64,000 bases of DNA from Longimicrobiales bacterium (lineage in GTDB: Bacteria > Gemmatimonadota > Gemmatimonadetes > Longimicrobiales > Gaopeijiaceae): assembly GCA_965226375.1 (NCBI GenBank), contig CBDDCX010000008.1, positions 800,001-864,000 of the forward strand, given 5' to 3'. This document shows, piece by piece, positions 58,103 to 64,000 of this stretch (its first letter is position 1; every line of letters starts with the position of its first letter). The notes beneath the pieces were generated by a model that was not told where the DNA came from, made no database searches, and saw nothing but the letters and a program-made list of their open reading frames with translations. The translations under genes were made by a program, and so were the position numbers.

Positions 58103-59673
58103 CCCCGGAAGGCGGGCCTGGCCCAGTCCTTCCTGTCCCGGTCGAGCAAACCCTGGACGAATTTCGTGAACAACTAAGCCTCGATGTCCACCTGTGGGCC
58201 ATCGAGGAAGACGGGACCCGGGCACGTCATCTCTACCCCTCCGATACCTCCTCGGGCTCTGAAGCCTGCGGTGCACCGGACGGCACGGTGGTGAGGTCGA
58301 TTGCTCCCCGAGACGGACCCGCGTTGGAACTCGAGATCCGACCCTCCGGCGAGCTGCCGCTCGACCCCTTGGCCACCATCCTGAAGGGCAACCTCGAACG
58401 AACGCTGGACATTGCCCAGGAAATCCACTTTTTCACATACGAGCTGAAGGAACGCTACGAGGAGATCAACCTTCTCTATTCCATCAGCGAGACTCTGGGG
58501 TCGGTTCTCAAGCTCGACGATGCCGCCGATGCCATTTTGGAGGAGGTCTGCGACGTTCTGGGGGCCGCGAGTGGATCTCTTTGGGTGCATGACCCGCGGC
58601 AGGACACCCTTCATCAGATCGCGGCGGTGGGACAGGACGCTAGAGACGACCCACCCTCGGATCCGCTCCCTGACGCCGTGACCTCACAGGTCTTCCAGGA
58701 GGGCCGATCACGTATCGGTACCCGCGATGCCGATGGGGCGGGGGATGGCGGGGCCACGACCGACATCTCGGTTCCCATCAGTTACAGCCCGCCGTCGGGG
58801 GAGGCGCGCACGGTCGGCGTCATCAACCTGTTCGGTCGGGGCCGGGGTGATCCCTTCGCGGTGGCCGACGAAAAGCTCCTGTCTGCGATAGCCAGCCAGA
58901 TCGGTGCGGCGCTCGAGAACAATCGACTCATCCAGGAGAGTCTGGCTCAGGAGCGGATGAGCCATGAGATGGAGCTCGCGCATCATCTCCAGATGAAGCT
59001 CCTCCGGTCTCCCAAGGCGTTCGACGGGGCCGACGTGGCCGCTCGGGTGGCGTCTGCCGAGCAGGTGGGCGGTGACTTTTTTCATCTCTTCAGGCTTCCA
59101 CAGGACAAGATCGGCGTGATGATCGGCGACGTCTCGACTCACGGATTTCCGGCGGCTTTGATCATGGCGTTGTCCATGAGCGCGGCGAGTATCTATGCCC
59201 TCGAGTCGCCCGACCCATCGGTGGTGCTTCGACGGATGGACGACGCCCTCAGCGATGAGCTCGAGACCACGGAAATGTTCCTCAGCCTTTGCTACGTGGT
59301 CATCGATCCCGCGGCCGGGGAGCTGCACTACTCCAACGCAGGCCACCCTCATGCCTTCGTGTTCCGGGAGGGTAGTGACCCCGAACGCCTGGTGGCCACC
59401 GACCCGCCGGTAGGCTTCGCCGGGCCCGAGTCCTATCTCCGGGGTCGAGCCGAGTGGGCGCCGGGGGATCTGCTGCTCCTCTTCACGGACGGACTGTCTG
59501 ATACATTGGCCACCGAGGAACCGGGGAGCGGTGAGGCGGCCGTTTTGGGGACGGTGACCGCCCAGGGGGCTGTTCCTGCTAGTCAGATTGTGGATGCTCT
59601 CTTCGACCTGGCTGAAGCGGCGACCCCGTACATACCGGCGGACGACCGAACCGTGATCGTTCTGAGGACGTAG
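58099..59673 (+). CDS. GAF-domain PP2C/SpoIIE phosphatase (RsbU-like)
   Basis: GAF domain; VGGDFF, IGDVSTHG, NAGHP, FTDG, DDRT. Confidence 0.92.
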   Translation: MTPEGGPGPVLPVPVEQTLDEFREQLSLDVHLWAIEEDGTRARHLYPSDTSSGSEACGAPDGTVVRSIAPRDGPALELEIRPSGELPLDPLATILKGNLERTLDIAQEIHFFTYELKERYEEINLLYSISETLGSVLKLDDAADAILEEVCDVLGAASGSLWVHDPRQDTLHQIAAVGQDARDDPPSDPLPDAVTSQVFQEGRSRIGTRDADGAGDGGATTDISVPISYSPPSGEARTVGVINLFGRGRGDPFAVADEKLLSAIASQIGAALENNRLIQESLAQERMSHEMELAHHLQMKLLRSPKAFDGADVAARVASAEQVGGDFFHLFRLPQDKIGVMIGDVSTHGFPAALIMALSMSAASIYALESPDPSVVLRRMDDALSDELETTEMFLSLCYVVIDPAAGELHYSNAGHPHAFVFREGSDPERLVATDPPVGFAGPESYLRGRAEWAPGDLLLLFTDGLSDTLATEEPGSGEAAVLGTVTAQGAVPASQIVDALFDLAEAATPYIPADDRTVIVLRT

Positions 59674-59712
59674 TTCTTGTCCTGAGGACTCCACACCAGG
59701 ATCCCGATACCG

Positions 59713-60510
59713 ATGCGCGCGAAGAAATCTCTCGGGCAGAACTTTCTCGTCGATCAGAATCTGCAGCGCAAGATCGTCGAAGCCCTGAATCCTTCGTTGG
59801 CGGACACCGTTCTGGAGATCGGGCCTGGCCGTGGCGCGTTGACACGCCATCTCGTGGGCCTGGCGGATCGACTCATCCTGGTCGAGCTGGATGACGAGCT
59901 CGCCTCCACGCTCCAGACCGAGTGGGGCGACCGGTCCGATGTCGATGTCCGACATCAGGACTTTCTCAAGACTGACCTTGGCGCGCTCGGCGTGGATCCG
60001 TCCGAGTTGCTCGTGGTCGGCAACATCCCCTACAACATCACTGCACCGATCATCTTCAAGCTTCTGGAGCGCCCCCGCCCCAGGGACATTCTTCTGATGG
60101 TGCAGCGTGAGGTGGCCGACCGTCTGGTGGCAGCGGCCGGGACCTCCGAGTACGGGGCGCTGTCGGTAGGGGTCAGGAGCGTGGCGGCCGCCGTACGTGT
60201 GCTGAGGGTACCGAGGACGGCGTTCCGACCCCAGCCCCGCGTCGACTCCAGCGTGGTGCGCATCACACCTACCGTCCCTCCGCCGCTATCCCTCGAGGAG
60301 GAGATCTCCCTCCGCACGCTGACGCGGGCGGCCTTCCAATGGAGACGAAAACAGCTGCAGAAGACACTCCGAGAGCACAGCGATCTCGGCCTGTCACGGG
60401 AATCGGTGGAGCGGATCGCTCGCGAGACAGGTTGGGATCTGACGCGCAGGCCGGAGACGCTCGAGCCCGAGGACTTCGTGCGACTGTCGAAGCTGGTCCG
60501 CATGAGGTGA
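59713..60510 (+). CDS. rsmA: 16S rRNA adenine dimethyltransferase
   Basis: KKSLGQNFL, EIGPGRG, GNIPYNIT, MVQREVA. Confidence 0.96.
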   Translation: MRAKKSLGQNFLVDQNLQRKIVEALNPSLADTVLEIGPGRGALTRHLVGLADRLILVELDDELASTLQTEWGDRSDVDVRHQDFLKTDLGALGVDPSELLVVGNIPYNITAPIIFKLLERPRPRDILLMVQREVADRLVAAAGTSEYGALSVGVRSVAAAVRVLRVPRTAFRPQPRVDSSVVRITPTVPPPLSLEEEISLRTLTRAAFQWRRKQLQKTLREHSDLGLSRESVERIARETGWDLTRRPETLEPEDFVRLSKLVRMR

Positions 60511-60525
60511 GACGCACAGGCCACG

Positions 60526-60572
60526 TTGACGCTCCAGGCCCCGTCGCCCTAGTATTGTGAAGCTTTTCACAA
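60526..60572 (+). promoter_or_regulatory. rex promoter with Rex operator (TTGTGAA-N4-TTCACAA at 60555-60572)
   Basis: TTGACG-N18-TAGTAT, overlapped at its 3' end by ttgtgaagcttttcacaa. Confidence 0.85.
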
Positions 60573-60605
60573 GCCGGGGTGTGGCAGGGTTTAACCGGAT
60601 TCCAC

Positions 60606-61247
60606 GTGTCTGTACCGCAGAAGATCTCCGAGTCCGCGGTCCGCCGATTGTCGCTCTATCTCCGCATACTGGAGAACCTGGAGCGAGACGGTGACGGGAC
60701 GGTATCTAGCGAACAGCTGGCCAAGCACAGTGACACCACGGCGGCGCAGGTGCGGAAGGACCTCTCTTTGTTCGGGTCGTTCGGCAAGCGCGGGCTCGGG
60801 TATAGCGTGGTGGAGTTGGCACTTCGGATCAGGACCATACTGGGCCTGGACCGGCGCTGGCGGGTGGCTCTGGTCGGTGTCGGACGGATAGGCTCGGCGT
60901 TGGTCGAGTACGGCGGATGCCAGGAGCGTGGCTACGACATCGTCGCGATTCTGGACGTCGATCCCTCCAAGGTTGGAGAGCGTTGGGCCGATCTCACGGT
61001 GCGTGACATAGCGGAGTTCGAGGACATCGTTCGGGAGCGAGACATCGAGATCGTCATCCTGGCGGTTCCCGTGGAGGCGGTCCCCGTGGTCATGGATCGG
61101 GTCACCGGTGCGGGGGTACGCGGTATCCTGAACTTCGCACCCACCACCCTGAGAGTCCCCGAGGGTGTTACGGTGAAGGACGTGAACATGGTCATGGAGC
61201 TCGAAGCGCTCTCCTTTGCGCTGAGTCGGGAAGAAGGGGAGGAGTGA
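60606..61247 (+). CDS. rex: Redox-sensing transcriptional repressor Rex
   Basis: VRRLSLYLR, QVRKDLSLFGSFGKRGLGY, GVGRIG, ILNFAP. Confidence 0.95.
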   Translation: MSVPQKISESAVRRLSLYLRILENLERDGDGTVSSEQLAKHSDTTAAQVRKDLSLFGSFGKRGLGYSVVELALRIRTILGLDRRWRVALVGVGRIGSALVEYGGCQERGYDIVAILDVDPSKVGERWADLTVRDIAEFEDIVRERDIEIVILAVPVEAVPVVMDRVTGAGVRGILNFAPTTLRVPEGVTVKDVNMVMELEALSFALSREEGEE

Positions 61248-62092
61248 AGGGAGATCGGGCTCTGATCAACCGCGCCGCCTCCGTCCTGGAGGGCGGTTCC
61301 ATCCATACGCTGGATTTGGCGAGAGAGGTCCTGGGACTCTCAGGGCATCCCGGTGCGGCCTCGGCCGCCGTCTTCACCCTTCTCGGTTCGGATGCCCGAT
61401 TCCTTGTCGACTCCGAGGGCCTGTGGTCGTTCCGAGGGCCGAGGCCCGGCGTTCCGCTCGCGAAGTTGGATTACGCGGTCGTGGACGTGGAGACCACCGG
61501 CGGTCCTTATCGTCGAGGCCATCGGATCACGGAAGTAGCCATCTACCACGTTCGAGATGGAGTCATTGCCGACGAATACCACACGTTGGTCAATCCCGGC
61601 CGCGTGATTCCTTCTCGCATCGCCATGCTCACCGGAATCTCCAATGACATGGTGTCGTCCGCCCCGTACTTCGATCAGATCGCATCAGACATTCTCGAGC
61701 GACTCGAGGGTCGGATTTTCGTCGCGCACAACGCGCGTTTCGACTGGGGGTTTGTGAGTCAGCAACTGGCCGAGGCCGTCGGCGAGGTACCGCAGGTGGA
61801 GAGACTGTGCACGGTGCGCATGGTACGCCGCATCATACCCAGGTTACGACGCCGGAATCTGGACGCCGTGGCCCGATATTTCGACATCGAGATCACGTCT
61901 CGCCACCGGGCCCACGGGGACGCTCTGGCCACGGCTCGTGTCCTGTTGCGACTCATCGATGAGGCCGGAATCCAGGGCGTGACCGATCTCGAGTCCCTGA
62001 AGTCCTTCCTGCGGAAGCGCCGTCCGAAGTCGCAGCCCCGGCAGGGCCAGCAACTCTCGCTGTTGGAGCCGAGTCCCGACGCGGTCTGGTGA
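61244..62092 (+). CDS. DEDDh 3'-5' exonuclease (DnaQ-like) with N-terminal extension
   Basis: VVDVETTG, VAHNARFD, HRAHGDALAT. Confidence 0.9.
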   Translation: MKGDRALINRAASVLEGGSIHTLDLAREVLGLSGHPGAASAAVFTLLGSDARFLVDSEGLWSFRGPRPGVPLAKLDYAVVDVETTGGPYRRGHRITEVAIYHVRDGVIADEYHTLVNPGRVIPSRIAMLTGISNDMVSSAPYFDQIASDILERLEGRIFVAHNARFDWGFVSQQLAEAVGEVPQVERLCTVRMVRRIIPRLRRRNLDAVARYFDIEITSRHRAHGDALATARVLLRLIDEAGIQGVTDLESLKSFLRKRRPKSQPRQGQQLSLLEPSPDAVW

Positions 62093-62248
62093 ACATCAGA
62101 TCGGAGTGTTCCGGGGTCGGTGCGGCCGATCGTCTGGTGGCGGGAAGAGCGTGTGTCGCATGTCTGTGCCAGCCGCGAAAACTCGGTAAATTATAGAATT
62201 GTCCGGCAGTTCGCCTGCCAGGTGCCGACACCCGAAAAGGATGTCTTC

Positions 62249-63460
62249 ATGAGTGATAAAGCGAGAATCCCGGTCATCCTCGACGGGGCCCGAACCCCCA
62301 TTGGCCGCTTTCTGGGCGGCCTCGGGCCTCTGTCGGCCCCCGAGCTGGGCGCGGTCGCGATCGGTGCTGCGGTGGAGCGCTCCGGTATCGACATCAAGGC
62401 GATCGAGGAAGTCATCATGGGTAACGTGGTGGTCGCCGGGGAGGGCCAGGCCCCAGCCCGCCAAGCCGCGATCGGAGCGGGGATTCCGGCCACCGTGCCC
62501 GCCATGACGATCAACAAGGTGTGCGGATCAGGGCTCAAGGCCGTGATGCTGGCCGCGCAAGCCGTTTGCGCCGGCGATGCCAAGGCGATAGTGGCGGGGG
62601 GAATGGAGTCCATGTCGAACGTACCGTATTACGTCCGCGGACTCCGAAACGGTGTGAAGTTCGGCGATCAGAAGATCGAGGACGGGCTTCTTCTGGACGG
62701 TCTGTGGTGTTCGTTCGGGCAGTGTCACATGGGGGGGCACGCGGAGTACACCGCAGCCAAGGCGGGTATTTCGAGACAGGATGCGGACGAGTTTTCGCTT
62801 CGTTCCCACACGCTCGCCGTGGCGGCCATGGACGAGGGTAGGTTCGACACCGAGATCGTCCCGGTCTCGATCGAGACGCGTCGCGGCACCACGGTGGTGG
62901 ACACCGACGAGTCGCCGAGACGTGAGTCGTCGCTGGAGGCGTTGGGTAAGCTTCGTCCGGCGTTCCCGAAGGACGCTCCGGACGGTCTCGAGGAGTTGGT
63001 CGTGACTGCGGGCAACGCCCCCGGCCTCAACGACGGCGCCGCGGCTCTCGTGGTGACGTCGTTGGAGTTTGCCGAGACCCATGGGCTGTCCGTCCAGGCC
63101 ACCATCTCCGGGTACGCTGCCAGTGGCACAGAGCCGAAGGATCTCTTCTTCGCTCCGATCACCGCGGTTCAGAAGCTCATGGCCACGGAAGGGAAGAGCG
63201 TACGCGACTACGAGCTCTACGAGTTCAACGAGGCATTCGCCGTGCAGGCGCTGGCGGATATGAGGGCGTTGGAGGTCGATCCTGACCGCGTGAACGTGAA
63301 CGGAGGTGCGGTAGCGCTCGGGCACCCCATCGGAGCGTCCGGAGCGCGGATCCTAGTGACCCTGCTCAACGCGATGGAGGATCGGGGCGTGGAGTCGGGA
63401 ATGGCCTCGCTTTGCCTGGGAGGTGGGAACGCCGTCGCCCTTTCGGTCGAGAAACATTAG
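62249..63460 (+). CDS. Acetyl-CoA C-acetyltransferase (thiolase)
   Basis: NKVCGSG, GGMESMS, NEAFA, GHPIGASG, LCLGGG. Confidence 0.95.
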   Translation: MSDKARIPVILDGARTPIGRFLGGLGPLSAPELGAVAIGAAVERSGIDIKAIEEVIMGNVVVAGEGQAPARQAAIGAGIPATVPAMTINKVCGSGLKAVMLAAQAVCAGDAKAIVAGGMESMSNVPYYVRGLRNGVKFGDQKIEDGLLLDGLWCSFGQCHMGGHAEYTAAKAGISRQDADEFSLRSHTLAVAAMDEGRFDTEIVPVSIETRRGTTVVDTDESPRRESSLEALGKLRPAFPKDAPDGLEELVVTAGNAPGLNDGAAALVVTSLEFAETHGLSVQATISGYAASGTEPKDLFFAPITAVQKLMATEGKSVRDYELYEFNEAFAVQALADMRALEVDPDRVNVNGGAVALGHPIGASGARILVTLLNAMEDRGVESGMASLCLGGGNAVALSVEKH

Positions 63461-63544
63461 GCCGTTCCGGCTGCGGCCGTTGCCGCGGTGGCCGTTGCGG
63501 CGGCAACATTGGAATCACACACGGTCTTTACCGCCGAGGACGGC

Positions 63545-64000
63545 ATGACGATAGACAGGATTACGGTGATCGGTGGAGGCACGATGGGCAACGGGATCGC
63601 CCACGTGTGCGCGCAGCAGGGCCGCGACGTGCGTCTTACAGACGTGTCGCAGGATGTGCTGGACGGCGCGCTTGCCACGATCTCGAAGAATCTGGATCGA
63701 CAGGTGAAGAAGGAGATCATCGACGAGGCGGCCCGGGACGCGACCCTCGGTCGCGTAAGGTGCACCACCTCTCTGGAGGGGGCGGTGGAGGGGACGCAGT
63801 TGGTGGTCGAGGCGGTGCCGGAGATCGCTGAGTTCAAGTTCGACCTCTTCCGACGTCTCGATGAAATGACGACCCCGGAGACGATCCTGGCCAGCAACAC
63901 GTCGTCCATCTCCATTACGGCCATCGCTGCGGTTACCGGCCGGCCGGACCAGGTCATCGGGATGCACTTCATGAACCCGGTGCCCGTCATGAAGCTCATC
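63545..64000 (+). CDS. 3-hydroxybutyryl-CoA / 3-hydroxyacyl-CoA dehydrogenase (3' truncated; absent from ORF track)
   Basis: Manual translation: MTIDRITVIGGGTMGNGIAHV..VVEAVPE..ILASNTSSISIT..GMHFMNPVPVM. Confidence 0.93.
   Translation, partial: MTIDRITVIGGGTMGNGIAHVCAQQGRDVRLTDVSQDVLDGALATISKNLDRQVKKEIIDEAARDATLGRVRCTTSLEGAVEGTQLVVEAVPEIAEFKFDLFRRLDEMTTPETILASNTSSISITAIAAVTGRPDQVIGMHFMNPVPVMKLI

Overview
GC-rich bacterial chromosomal window, almost entirely + strand housekeeping genes. Gene content and order resemble Gemmatimonadota (Longimicrobiales-like); this is an inference. Order: tolB-pal-cpoB, nrdR-tatC-lptD, a lipoprotein, a TPR protein, polyprenyl synthase-DUF4321-tatA, ppiD (minus), TPR-aroQ-efp-accBC-comB-ftsK-lolA-rimO-hemL, OMP-Gfo/Idh/MocA-DUF4105(Lnb-like)-lnt, rpmE-prfA-prmC-YlbF, CDP-alcohol phosphatidyltransferase-ino1-tmk(frameshifted)-S41 protease, ansA-CMD-obgE-dprA-hemW-hrcA-dnaJ-prmA (split by an IS1595/ISSod11-type element), yqeY-mutS2-dnaG-Zn-ribbon-recJ-rsmD-coaD-pta, an RsbV/W/U module, rsmA, rex-exonuclease, thiolase-hbd. 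The most notable signals are non-coding. Two MITE-like elements with unrelated terminal inverted repeats share a covarying internal hairpin. Orphan ends of one element sit just upstream of accC and hrcA. Both IS ends carry NrdR-box-like palindromes. rex has a perfect upstream operator. An Lnb-like gene overlaps lnt. No rRNA, tRNA or CRISPR array was recognised.
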